Virus record (IMG/VR): IMGVR_UViG_3300029922_000001
Span: 372,001-436,000 of that record
Strand: one strand, 5' to 3'
DNA: 64,000 bases
Made by a program: the position numbers and the translations under genes. Position 1 is the stretch's first letter. Each line of letters begins with the position of its first letter. Under the pieces are notes generated by a model. The model had not been told where the DNA came from, did not search any database, and saw only the letters and a list, made by a program, of their open reading frames with translations. This document shows, in pieces, positions 37,771-47,497 of this stretch.

Positions 37771-39963
37771 TTGAACGGTACTATTAATATGATTCAAAAA
37801 GACACAGCAGGTAACGCAACAGTAGTAGGAATGAACGCGCAATCAGGATTTGCAATCCTTGCATCCGCGAAAGCATTCAAGATTTTGTCATCGGGTATTT
37901 ATAAGAATAAGATTCTTGCCCCAATTCGTGAACTTAGCACTAATGCAATTGACATTCATCGCAAGTTCAATGTTGACCGTCCTTTCGAGGTTCAACTTCC
38001 TAACAATCTTAATCCTCATTTCGTGGTCCGTGACTTTGGACCAGGTTTGTCTAAACTGCAAATTATGGGCGATAAGGAATTGGACATTCAAGGAATTTAC
38101 ACTACGTATTTTCTTTCAACTAAGGAATCTGAGGCAGATCAGATTGGTTGTCTTGGATTGGGTACTAAATCCCCATTTGCTTATGTTACGTCTTTCACTG
38201 TAACCTCTTACTTTGATGGTCTAAAATCAGTGTACGCTATGTACCTTGATGGTGATATGCCAAACGTTAACCTAGTCGGTAGTGAACCTTCTGATGAACC
38301 CACCGGATTGGAGGTAAGCTTTGGAGTCAATGTCTACGACTTTGGTACGTTCCGAAACGAACTACAGAAACTTTATTCCTTCTGGACTGAGGCTGAGCGT
38401 CCTGTAGTAACTGGACAAACGGTATCTTATACCAATTACATGGAAGGTAAAACTAAGGGTAACGGTTGGTTCCTGTCAGATCAGACATACGGTAATCTGT
38501 TTAGTCGTGGTTACTTCCATGTAGTAATGGGGAATATCGCCTATAAGGTGAACTGTTATGATGGTCCTAATAAGGCTTTTGAAGAGATTGCAGAATATAG
38601 CAATTTGATCTTCGAATGCGATCTTGGCGAAGTCAACTTTACTGCATCTCGTGAAGAGTTGGAGTTGGACAACAACACGGTTGCCGCAATTGTCAAGCGA
38701 ATTGAAGACTTTAAGCAGAGCATTGTTGTTTCATTAGAGGAACAGGTTAACAATGCCGGTAGTCTTTGGAAAGCTAGACATCTTGTTGCAGATTTCAAAA
38801 AGTCTCACTCTCTGGTTAAGCGACATGATTTCAAATATCACGGTATGACTCTACTCTGGAATAATCGTGTTAAGTTCACTAAGACACCAATGGTACTTTA
38901 TGTCCGAAATCACGATCAGAAGCTTCACAAGAAACAGGATATTACAAGTTTCTATATCGGAGATTCGTCCCGTAATACAACGTTCTATTTCAATGATCTT
39001 GAAAAGCCACAACATACGCATAGTCGAATGAACTTCCACCTTAGAACTCATAAGACTTCAAATGAAGTAGTATTGATTGACGGGGTAAGCTTCAGGGATG
39101 CTAAAAGAATCTTTGGACTGTCAAAAGATCAGATCACTAGGGTTTCAACGCTTGACATTCCTGTAAGAACTCCACGAATGCGACGGGATAAGAATTTGGA
39201 CTTTGATGATCAAATCGAATTCTGCAATAAGCACATTATGAAGTTAAGCTACTATCGTTGGGACGACTGCGTTCTACCTAAGAGCGAACCGGTTTACTAC
39301 TTTGTTGACCTGAAGGGACAAAAGCCACAATTTGAAGATGAAGAGATCACTAGTTTCGATAACGTAGTGCGATTTATGAGAGAATGCACTAGCTACGATG
39401 TTACAACAGTGTATGGCGTTCGTGGTCCTGCTAAGAAGCTAGTCGAAAATTCAGATGCTTGGGTAAACATTTATGATCTTTTCAAGGTGGAACTAAAGAA
39501 GTATCTTGATAAGTATCCTCTTGCGGAATATGCAAGTAAGGACTATCTCAAGACTAATGTAATTAAAGAATTGTTGAAGATCAAAGAAGTGTTGGCTTTG
39601 AATCCGGTTACTGAGAATGGTGACATATGCAAGAAGATTACAAAGATTGAGGCTGACGTTATCGTTCCTTCAACCTGGGAATGGAAGATGGATTACTACA
39701 CTTTCCAGCGATTGGCTTATAAGATCGGAGTGAGTTTGCCAGAATCACACAATAAGGACACTACAACTCTTTCACAAGATGTTAAAGATATCCGTGTTGA
39801 ATATGCTACACAATTCCCACTAATGCAGCATCTTAGCTATTCAGTTGAGGGTAAGAAGGAATACCTAAGACTTTGGGTAGTCGATCAAGAAGCTAAGGCA
39901 CTTGCAAATACAGTTCAAGAATCAAAACTAGAGGATACCGTTCAAGTCTCACTGACAGTCTAG
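37771..39963 (+). CDS. rIIA: rIIA-like protein (GHKL ATPase N-terminus)
   Basis: FKILSSGIYKNKILAPIRELSTNAID; VRDFGPGL; IGCLGLGTKSPFAY. Confidence 0.85.
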   Translation: MNGTINMIQKDTAGNATVVGMNAQSGFAILASAKAFKILSSGIYKNKILAPIRELSTNAIDIHRKFNVDRPFEVQLPNNLNPHFVVRDFGPGLSKLQIMGDKELDIQGIYTTYFLSTKESEADQIGCLGLGTKSPFAYVTSFTVTSYFDGLKSVYAMYLDGDMPNVNLVGSEPSDEPTGLEVSFGVNVYDFGTFRNELQKLYSFWTEAERPVVTGQTVSYTNYMEGKTKGNGWFLSDQTYGNLFSRGYFHVVMGNIAYKVNCYDGPNKAFEEIAEYSNLIFECDLGEVNFTASREELELDNNTVAAIVKRIEDFKQSIVVSLEEQVNNAGSLWKARHLVADFKKSHSLVKRHDFKYHGMTLLWNNRVKFTKTPMVLYVRNHDQKLHKKQDITSFYIGDSSRNTTFYFNDLEKPQHTHSRMNFHLRTHKTSNEVVLIDGVSFRDAKRIFGLSKDQITRVSTLDIPVRTPRMRRDKNLDFDDQIEFCNKHIMKLSYYRWDDCVLPKSEPVYYFVDLKGQKPQFEDEEITSFDNVVRFMRECTSYDVTTVYGVRGPAKKLVENSDAWVNIYDLFKVELKKYLDKYPLAEYASKDYLKTNVIKELLKIKEVLALNPVTENGDICKKITKIEADVIVPSTWEWKMDYYTFQRLAYKIGVSLPESHNKDTTTLSQDVKDIRVEYATQFPLMQHLSYSVEGKKEYLRLWVVDQEAKALANTVQESKLEDTVQVSLTV

Positions 39964-40010
39964 ATTCTAAGAAAATCCCCAACAATGGGGATTCGAGGTA
40001 TATTAATTTT

Positions 40011-40271
40011 ATGAAGAATTCTAAAGTGATTGATTATTTACTATGTTTGTTTGATGGATATCAACATTGGGGAAGAAATCACGAAAAAGATAAATCCGAT
40101 AATAAAATTACTGTTATTCAATTTTATTATCCAAGTACATTTGATAAGTTAATGAATTCTTTATCTAATGGCATTGAAGATGGTGGTCAAATAATTAATA
40201 TTACAGATGAAATTATTGAATTACAACGTTCAGAAGATTTAATCACTATGACTGTTCAGGGTTGGATTTAA
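40011..40271 (+). CDS. hypothetical protein
   Basis: Leaderless behind class-B variant (TATATT). Confidence 0.7.
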   Translation: MKNSKVIDYLLCLFDGYQHWGRNHEKDKSDNKITVIQFYYPSTFDKLMNSLSNGIEDGGQIINITDEIIELQRSEDLITMTVQGWI

Positions 40272-40308
40272 AAATCCCCAATAGAAAAATTCGAGGTATA
40301 TTTATTTT

Positions 40309-40527
40309 ATGGGACATATGAGATTAACCTTTGAACAGAAGCAATTGATTAAGAAGCTAGATAAGCAATTGATTGAATTGTCTAAAAATCAAAAAGAGAA
40401 TAAGAGAATCATCAATGACACTCTTAAACAGATTAATAATCTGTATAGCTTTTGCGACCATCAATATAAACATTTTAATCATACTGGAGAGTTGATATGT
40501 GCTTATTGTGGTCACGTTCATGAGTGA
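40309..40527 (+). CDS. small coiled-coil/Zn-finger protein
   Basis: CDH...CAYCG; leaderless. Confidence 0.7.
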   Translation: MGHMRLTFEQKQLIKKLDKQLIELSKNQKENKRIINDTLKQINNLYSFCDHQYKHFNHTGELICAYCGHVHE

Positions 40528-40570
40528 TTTTAAAAATCCCCAATAAAGAATTAAGAGGTATACTGCCAAC

Positions 40571-41275
40571 ATGAAAACACTTAGATCGGTTGCAGCAATT
40601 GAAAAATCGTCCAACTCGAAAATTGGAATTGCATCTACTACTTATGCTTCGCAAGAATCTTGTCCTAAGACTTGTATGTTCTATAATAACGGTTGCTATG
40701 CAGGTTTGGGTCTAACAGGTATTCACACTAAACGATTAAACCGAAGTGGCGTTACTGACATTGTTGAGATTGCTAAGGCAGAAGCTGAAGGAATCCGGTC
40801 TTTGACAGGTTGTTACAATCTAAGAATCCATACGGTTGGGGATTGTAAGACTGATGAAACAGCTAAGATTGTTTCAGATGCGGCAAAGGATTTTATGTCA
40901 AAAGATGGCAAAATCGCTTGGACCTATACTCATGCTCATGATGTTAAACGTGAGTCATGGGGTAGCGTGAGTATCTTACGTAGTTGTGAGACTATCGCGC
41001 AAGTCAAGCAAGCACATAGCGATGATTATGCAAGTGCAATGGTTGTATCTGAGTTTGAATCTGATAAGCCTTATGATATAGGTGAGGGATTCACCGGTAT
41101 CCCTTGTCGCAATCAAGTTAATAAAGAGATTACTTGCACTAAGTGTAAGCTATGCTTTAATGATAAGGTCTTGCACAAGTCCAAAAGAGTCATCTTGTTC
41201 GCTAGTCATGGCACAATGAAGGGTACAGTTAATAAAACACTAAAAGTACTTAATCTCCCAAATGACAAAAACTAA
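40571..41275 (+). CDS. Gp88-like Fe-S/Cys protein
   Basis: SCPKTC...GCYA; LRIHTVGD; WTYT; C-terminal C..C.KC.LC. Confidence 0.65.
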   Translation: MKTLRSVAAIEKSSNSKIGIASTTYASQESCPKTCMFYNNGCYAGLGLTGIHTKRLNRSGVTDIVEIAKAEAEGIRSLTGCYNLRIHTVGDCKTDETAKIVSDAAKDFMSKDGKIAWTYTHAHDVKRESWGSVSILRSCETIAQVKQAHSDDYASAMVVSEFESDKPYDIGEGFTGIPCRNQVNKEITCTKCKLCFNDKVLHKSKRVILFASHGTMKGTVNKTLKVLNLPNDKN

Positions 41276-41277
41276 GA

Positions 41278-41311
41278 TTCAGGGAATGCAAATTCCCTGA
41301 ATTAATTTTTT
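41278..41311 (+). terminator. intrinsic terminator
   Basis: TTCAGGGAAT-GCAA-ATTCCCTGAA plus T tract. Confidence 0.85.
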
Positions 41312-41603
41312 AGCTTTTTATTGAGAACCATCTACTCTATTAGTGTATAGATAAAAGGTTTCCCCGAAAATGGGGAAACCTCCGAAATCCCAGCATTGAT
41401 AAGTCAATTACTCACAGCTAAAGCAGTGGGCTTGTTTTTGGTCGTGATAGGGGTTGCAGTCAGCACCATGACAATATTAGTATTGGGTTGGGTTGTAGGC
41501 ATTGGGGTATTATTATTATTGTTTGCTATGGTTAACTGGTTTGTCAACATCTGTTGTCCACGTAAAATCCCCAATAGGTGAATTGAGGGTATACTAGAAA
41601 CTT

Positions 41604-41676
41604 GTCCCGGTAGCTCAGTGGATAGAGCAACAGCCTTCTAAGCTGTGGGTCGCAGGTTCGAATCCTGTTCGGGACG
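41604..41676 (+). tRNA. trnR: tRNA-Arg(UCU)
   Basis: Complete cloverleaf GTCCCGG...ACAGC-CTTCTAA-GCTGT...GCAGG-TTCGAAT-CCTGT-TCGGGAC-G; CCA not encoded. Confidence 0.95.
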
Positions 41677-41700
41677 CGAGATTTATGGTATAATAACATC

Positions 41701-41943
41701 ATGACAAAAAAAGTATTTGCCTTCGTTATGACTATTAGCATTATTGGTGCTTTGCTATTTGGTTGTAGTTTTGGTACTCAAGATTCCGTTAATGTAACAC
41801 CGATAATTTACACCTTTACCATTGATGGTAGAACCTATCAGTATCAAGATTGCACTTTCTATGAAAGTGGTCTTGCCCAATGTACTGATGATAAAGGTAA
41901 ACAAGTTGATATTAGCGGTAGCTATAAATCAGTGGAAAATTAA
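41701..41943 (+). CDS. small lipoprotein
   Basis: Lipobox LFGC. Confidence 0.7.
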   Translation: MTKKVFAFVMTISIIGALLFGCSFGTQDSVNVTPIIYTFTIDGRTYQYQDCTFYESGLAQCTDDKGKQVDISGSYKSVEN

Positions 41944-41977
41944 TCCCCAATAAAAAAATAACAGGTATACTCTGATC

Positions 41978-42106
41978 ATGAACACACACATTGAAGATAA
42001 GATTTGGTCAAACGATGATCCAAAGATGAAGAAGGTTTTGACAATGGTTTGGGCTGTTAGTTTGGTGATCGCAATCGCCATTGCTTTGGTTACGCTTATT
42101 GGTTAA
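41978..42106 (+). CDS. 42-aa single-pass membrane micro-protein
   Basis: Leaderless, bounded by class-B elements on both sides. Confidence 0.6.
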   Translation: MNTHIEDKIWSNDDPKMKKVLTMVWAVSLVIAIAIALVTLIG

Positions 42107-42140
42107 TCCCCAACGATTGGATTAAAGGTATACTGCACTT

Positions 42141-43247
42141 ATGAGTTCAAGATTCCACGTTGGAACCCTAACCAAAGCAAAACTTAAATCTCCACAGGTA
42201 GTACTACCTGTGAAGCAGAAGAAACTAGCCACCTTTCAAGAACGGGATACAATTCCTTCTACTGGTAATAAGGTAAGTTATCTTAACTCAATTAAGGGTC
42301 AAGAAAATCTAAAGGAGATGTTACAAATTCAAATAGATGCCTATAACAACTCTAAGGGTAGTGTAGGGCACTGGCTATTCACTGGTCCTTCAGGATTGGG
42401 TAAGACAAAGTTTGCTAACGCTTTTGCGGCTGATTTAGGACTGCCATTCTATCCGATTTTAGGTAATCGTATTAAGAAGTGGTCTGAAGTGGTCGCACTG
42501 CTTTCTAGAGTTCAAGAGAATGATATTATCTTCATTGACGAAATTCATGCTCTTAGACCTATGTTCCAAAATAACTTTTATAACATCTTACAGAATTTTA
42601 CTTTTGATGATATCGTTGAAGGTAGTGCTATAACCTATAAACTGCCTAAGTTTAGTTTATGGGGTGCCACTACTCATGTAGGTGATCTAAATGAAGCCTT
42701 AAAGAACCGTTTTACTGACATTGCGGAAATGGTCCCTTACACTCGAAATCAACTTACTAACATTATCGTAGAAACTGCTGCGAGTGAATTCGATGTTAAT
42801 ATTAATAATGAACTGGCTTATAAGATGTCTAATCTAGTGCGTGGCACTCCTAGATACGCTGTAAACATGATTCGGACGTTAGTTAAGGTGTCGAAAGCAT
42901 ATCAAACCGAAATTGATATAAAGGTTCTTACTAAAAGCTTGCAATTGAAGAATTTAGATCCGTTTCTAGGTTTAGATTTTACTGCACGTAAGTATCTCTT
43001 TGCTTTGTATGATAATGGGTCTATGGGAACGGCATCCATTGGTATCCACATTAATGAAGAAGAAAAAACTGTGATTGCATTAGAAAAATTCTTATTCTCT
43101 TATTTTGAAGTACCAGAACTTAACATTAAGGGACCATTGATTGTTAAAGGATTGGGTAAGAAACTTTCCCCTAATGGATTTAAGTACATTGATGGAATTC
43201 GAAAGTTAAAACAGAGTGGGTGGTTTCTAGCTGAGAACTGGGATTAA
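42141..43247 (+). CDS. ruvB: RuvB-like Holliday-junction branch-migration ATPase
   Basis: GQE.LK; GPSGLGKT; IFIDEIH; GATT; LKNRF; RGTPRYA. Confidence 0.85.
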   Translation: MSSRFHVGTLTKAKLKSPQVVLPVKQKKLATFQERDTIPSTGNKVSYLNSIKGQENLKEMLQIQIDAYNNSKGSVGHWLFTGPSGLGKTKFANAFAADLGLPFYPILGNRIKKWSEVVALLSRVQENDIIFIDEIHALRPMFQNNFYNILQNFTFDDIVEGSAITYKLPKFSLWGATTHVGDLNEALKNRFTDIAEMVPYTRNQLTNIIVETAASEFDVNINNELAYKMSNLVRGTPRYAVNMIRTLVKVSKAYQTEIDIKVLTKSLQLKNLDPFLGLDFTARKYLFALYDNGSMGTASIGIHINEEEKTVIALEKFLFSYFEVPELNIKGPLIVKGLGKKLSPNGFKYIDGIRKLKQSGWFLAENWD

Positions 43248-43293
43248 AAATAGGATATTTCCCCAATAGGGGAATTCGAGGTATACTAAATCT

Positions 43294-43509
43294 ATGGAAA
43301 AAATAGAACGTTATAATTCAATCGTTAAAATCGGTTATAAGCAACCACTACCACAGAACGGTGAAGTTTTCAGACTTGTTAAAAATGTTTTCCATGATGG
43401 TTTTAGTGTACATCAAACAAATATTGTAAATTCGAAAATCACCTATGATAGTGTGTTGCGAAAATCTAAAACTAAAAACCCATGTCAAAAGTTTTTCGAT
43501 AATCTTTAA
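43294..43509 (+). CDS. hypothetical protein
   Basis: Leaderless behind class-B promoter. Confidence 0.6.
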   Translation: MEKIERYNSIVKIGYKQPLPQNGEVFRLVKNVFHDGFSVHQTNIVNSKITYDSVLRKSKTKNPCQKFFDNL

Positions 43510-43527
43510 GGGTATAATATATTCATT

Positions 43528-44232
43528 ATGAATGTCGTACACTGTTCCCTTGTTGGTAGTCGAATGCATGGATTAAATACCGAAAATTCTGATTATGATT
43601 ATCGAACGATTTATAAAATGGATCTGAAAGATATTCTTGATCCTTTTATTAAACCTGAAGAAAAAAAGGTATTAGAAGATGGACAAGATGTTGAAGAATT
43701 TGAATTAAGGCATTTTTTGAAGATGTTATGTGGAGGCAACGGTACCGCATACGAAATCCTTTGGAGTGATCAATACACAACGTCACCAGACTTTCAAGTA
43801 TTCAAAGACAATAAGCACTGGTTCTTGAATACAAAGGGTATCTGTAATGCTCATATTGGTTATGCCGATTCTCAGCTAGAAAACTTTTTAGAGAAAGTCG
43901 AAAAAGATCCTACCGCATTAGATAAGTCTAATGCAAGGAATCGAATTCGAAAAGCTTCTGTAGCTGGTATCCGTATTCTATGTCAAGCAGAACAGTTGCT
44001 ATTGACAGGTGATTTTGCACCAAAGATTGCTGACTATAATAAGAATGTAGCAGATTATCTATTGGAACAGAAGTACACTCCTGATGATCAGATTAATGCA
44101 GATTTTATCACTAGGAATATTGAGATAATCGAAGGACTGAAATTTGATGTAAAGAAACTCCATGAGAATGTTCCTGTAGTTCTGCCTCAATATGATCAGA
44201 TTGTTGAAGCTTTGGTCGCAATTTATTCATAA
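43528..44232 (+). CDS. Pol-beta-superfamily nucleotidyltransferase (RlaP-like)
   Basis: VGSRMHGLNTENSDYDYR; ELRHFLKML..GN..AYEILWS. Confidence 0.8.
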   Translation: MNVVHCSLVGSRMHGLNTENSDYDYRTIYKMDLKDILDPFIKPEEKKVLEDGQDVEEFELRHFLKMLCGGNGTAYEILWSDQYTTSPDFQVFKDNKHWFLNTKGICNAHIGYADSQLENFLEKVEKDPTALDKSNARNRIRKASVAGIRILCQAEQLLLTGDFAPKIADYNKNVADYLLEQKYTPDDQINADFITRNIEIIEGLKFDVKKLHENVPVVLPQYDQIVEALVAIYS

Positions 44233-44399
44233 TATTAGGTATACTAAACATATGACAAAATTTTTAACGAATCTTTTGATTTTCTTGATTTGTGTTGCTA
44301 TTGCTTTAGGCATTTCGTTCTATACACTTTGTTGTATTCTAGATCATAGAATCATTATGTAAAATTCCCCAATAGGGGAAACCGAGGTATACTCAGATT

Positions 44400-44615
44400 A
44401 TGGTTAAAATCGAATGGAAAGAGATTATTCATCCTAATAATTTTAGAGAAATGACAACAACAATTAATGGGGATAATTGGAGTGTGTATCAATTAACTTG
44501 GAGAACAAAATTTAAAGCACATAAAAACAAAACAAGTCAAAATCCAATTTGTTATCAACCTTTTGATTCTGAAGAAAAAGCAATTCAATTTGTAGAGAAC
44601 AAATATAATGGCTAA
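44400..44615 (+). CDS. hypothetical protein
   Basis: Leaderless behind class-B promoter. Confidence 0.65.
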   Translation: MVKIEWKEIIHPNNFREMTTTINGDNWSVYQLTWRTKFKAHKNKTSQNPICYQPFDSEEKAIQFVENKYNG

Positions 44616-44877
44616 CAATAGACGTAAGTGGCATTGCCTTGATTGTGGTAAAGATTGTGGATCAAAAGGTTTGTGTGAACATTATTTTATTCACACCAAC
44701 CTATGGATGCAAGCAGTTGGTAGCAATAAGGGAATGTTATGTGTTCAAGATCTTGAAAAAAGATTAGGTAGACAATTAACTCCTGCTGATTTTACAGATT
44801 GCCACATAAACGATCCTAAAAAAAACACAATGTCCCCTAGACTTTTATCAAGAATCAGGGGTAAAATCCATGCATGA
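44608..44877 (+). CDS. Cys-rich hypothetical protein
   Basis: CLDC...LC...LE.RLGR.LTPADF. Confidence 0.7.
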   Translation: MANNRRKWHCLDCGKDCGSKGLCEHYFIHTNLWMQAVGSNKGMLCVQDLEKRLGRQLTPADFTDCHINDPKKNTMSPRLLSRIRGKIHA

Positions 44878-45287
44878 TTGTGTATCGCGTAGAGACAGTT
44901 AGCGGGGTAGGACCCTACATAGAACGTAATGCACCACAAATACTTTATGATGCTGTAACCCATCCTTCATGCAGAAATGATGAATTGCCAGGATGTAACA
45001 ACTATAAGAAGGTAGAAGATAAACATTATTGGGGATTTCGAACGATTGAACAGTTGCATGATTGGTTCCATTACATTTATGAAAAATTTGAAAGACATAG
45101 TTATGTAGTGGCTATATACAATGTCTCTAAAGATTATGTCTTGGAGTTTAAATCACAGTTAGTGTTTGAAAAAGATAAATCAGAATTGCAAGAAACATTT
45201 CGTGTCAATAATTTCTTTGAGGCATTTAGTGGTGAGCATCAACTCTATTTGAATCTCCCCAACACAAAAATTGTAGGTATACTCTAA
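44874..45287 (+). CDS. hypothetical protein
   Basis: VYRVE...GPY...GF...QL.DWF. Confidence 0.7.
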   Translation: MIVYRVETVSGVGPYIERNAPQILYDAVTHPSCRNDELPGCNNYKKVEDKHYWGFRTIEQLHDWFHYIYEKFERHSYVVAIYNVSKDYVLEFKSQLVFEKDKSELQETFRVNNFFEAFSGEHQLYLNLPNTKIVGIL

Positions 45288-45289
45288 CA

Positions 45290-45523
45290 ATGAAAGGTAT
45301 TTTTGAAATTGAAACCAATGATCTTACTCAAATGATTCTATCAATGGGACATAAAGATTCATTAATGGTTTCATCTCAAAATGGTGATGATGGTGCATAT
45401 GAATTTTATTGTATTCATGATTGTATTTTTATTTTCGATGATAATTTAGAACTTATTTTCTCTGTTAATAAAAATAAATATGAATTAACAATGTCAATCA
45501 ATGAAATTAAAAAATGGACTTAA
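45290..45523 (+). CDS. hypothetical protein
   Basis: Leaderless behind class-B promoter. Confidence 0.65.
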   Translation: MKGIFEIETNDLTQMILSMGHKDSLMVSSQNGDDGAYEFYCIHDCIFIFDDNLELIFSVNKNKYELTMSINEIKKWT

Positions 45524-45559
45524 AATCCCCAACACCAAAAAGAGAGGTATACTAGGAAC

Positions 45560-45769
45560 ATGATGATTTTCGAACTTTACAGGCGTTCTACTGGAATCAC
45601 GGTAGTAATAGCAAACACACTAGAAGAAGCAATAATTATGATTCGAAAAAGTGAGTTTGGTTATTTGTGGGACAATTTTGATGATAAGGAATTAGTTTCA
45701 CATATAACAATCAGCAATTTTGTTGGATCTGGTATGGTTTTTGGTGAAAATACAAGCGATAGAGATTAA
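45560..45769 (+). CDS. hypothetical protein (paralog of 46348-46551)
   Basis: Shared G.T.V.A.T.EEA...IR...YLW. Confidence 0.7.
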   Translation: MMIFELYRRSTGITVVIANTLEEAIIMIRKSEFGYLWDNFDDKELVSHITISNFVGSGMVFGENTSDRD

Positions 45770-45820
45770 TGGGATAATTTAGATAATCCCCAACACCAAA
45801 AAGAGAGGTATACTAGGAAC

Positions 45821-46348
45821 ATGAATACAATTCAAAATAAAGTACACGACAATAAGCCTTACAATGCGACTGCCGCATCTGCAAACGTGATTCGAGACAC
45901 CCGCGCTAAGAATGCTACTACAAAATTCTTGACTTCGCTTGGTTACACGATCACCGACAACTTGGAGCGATACGCAAAGTACGACCTTGCGGCAAATCAC
46001 CCTACATTTGGTACTGTAAAGATTGAATGCGAAGATCGTCTAATCCGTGATTGGACTAATATGGTCACTCGTTCTTTCAATAAGTTCCGAATCTATAAGC
46101 GAAAGATTAATAAAGAATCTGAATGGTTGTTGTATGTGGCAACTTGTGGCGATGATTCTAATCTGATCTTGATTACGACTCATGATGCAATTAGCAACTC
46201 TAAGGTAGTTATGATTACCAATAAGGGTTGGGGACAATTGGAACCGGTTTATGAAGTCGAACATACTGATTGGGTTTGCTACAATATGACAACTCAAAAG
46301 GTTGAATGGGGTGATAATCCTATCATCATGGGACTTCTAGGTAAGTAA
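45821..46348 (+). CDS. possible PD-(D/E)xK nuclease-fold protein
   Basis: YDL...KIECED pattern only. Confidence 0.45.
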   Translation: MNTIQNKVHDNKPYNATAASANVIRDTRAKNATTKFLTSLGYTITDNLERYAKYDLAANHPTFGTVKIECEDRLIRDWTNMVTRSFNKFRIYKRKINKESEWLLYVATCGDDSNLILITTHDAISNSKVVMITNKGWGQLEPVYEVEHTDWVCYNMTTQKVEWGDNPIIMGLLGK

Positions 46349-46551
46349 TGAATATTTACACAATCGAAAAAACGTCAAAAGGTTACACTTCTGTACTTGC
46401 TGAAACTCCAGAAGAAGCAGTACAGTACATTAGGGATACCACAAATCCTTATGCTTATCTTTGGAGTTGTTACCCTGATGATGAAATTATTATATCATTT
46501 AAAGTTACCCCTTTCAAGGGTGGTGTATTGTCAAATATTGACTACTATTAA
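46348..46551 (+). CDS. hypothetical protein (paralog of 45560-45769)
   Basis: See paralog. Confidence 0.65.
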   Translation: MNIYTIEKTSKGYTSVLAETPEEAVQYIRDTTNPYAYLWSCYPDDEIIISFKVTPFKGGVLSNIDYY

Positions 46552-46607
46552 GTATTGAGGGATTCGAAAGAATCCCCCAATACGAGTTTAAGAGGTATAC
46601 TTAGATC

Positions 46608-47036
46608 ATGCTAGATGAAGCATTTTATTCAGCTTTCACAAGAAAAAAACTATTTAGCAGTTATATTAAAATAGGAGATTATTCTTTTCAAGAAGGTGCT
46701 GATCTAGTGTTAAACAAAACACGATTGGAGTTTACCTATCGTATGGGGAAAAATCCTTATAACGTAGTATTCCAAGCTAAGAAACTATCACGTACAGGCA
46801 AAAGACTACTAATATCTCATCCCTATTGCAAACATTGTGGAATAGAGGGTGTTAAGTGGGGATTAGAAGCTAAAAAATACCATGTTCAAATGATTCTGTA
46901 TTCTGAGAACAATGTACCTCTAACCATTGATCATATTCTACCCAGATCAAAAGGTGGTTCTGATAGTCCAAAGAATTATCAAGTGCTATGTTATGCTTGT
47001 AATCAACGTAAAGCTGACTTTGAAAATCCCCAATAA
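46608..47036 (+). CDS. HNH endonuclease
   Basis: CKHCG...[30 protein letters not shown]. Confidence 0.9.
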   Translation: MLDEAFYSAFTRKKLFSSYIKIGDYSFQEGADLVLNKTRLEFTYRMGKNPYNVVFQAKKLSRTGKRLLISHPYCKHCGIEGVKWGLEAKKYHVQMILYSENNVPLTIDHILPRSKGGSDSPKNYQVLCYACNQRKADFENPQ

Positions 47037-47060
47037 AGAAATTTGAGGTATACTCTTATC

Positions 47061-47483
47061 ATGGAAAACGCACAACTTTTTGCACAACGAGCTTATGGAT
47101 ATGTCGGCAAGCAAACAGATCGTCCTAATAGTATAACTGATGAATGTGTAACTATTAATATTAATCATCAGGTAATAAAACGCCTTATTTGTATATTACG
47201 TGATCATCCAAAGTATTCTATGACTGATAGATATTCTGAGTTTATCAGTGATATGATTGATAAAATCATTATGAATAAAACAACATTAAAAGGACTTTAT
47301 ATACCCAAAGTTACAAAATCATTTTTTGTTATATCTCCAAATGGTGAAATTATTATAGTTAGCAATCAATCGAAATTTTGTAAAGATAACAATTTAGACT
47401 CAACAAGTTTTAGTAGAATGCTTAACGGTAAAAGAAAATCATCTCAAGGTTGGACTAAATATATCCCCAATAAAGAAATTTAA
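47061..47483 (+). CDS. protein with NUMOD1-like HTH tail
   Basis: VISPNGE...SKFCKDNNLD...SRMLNGKRK..QGW. Confidence 0.55.
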   Translation: MENAQLFAQRAYGYVGKQTDRPNSITDECVTININHQVIKRLICILRDHPKYSMTDRYSEFISDMIDKIIMNKTTLKGLYIPKVTKSFFVISPNGEIIIVSNQSKFCKDNNLDSTSFSRMLNGKRKSSQGWTKYIPNKEI

Positions 47484-47497
47484 GGTATACTCTGATC

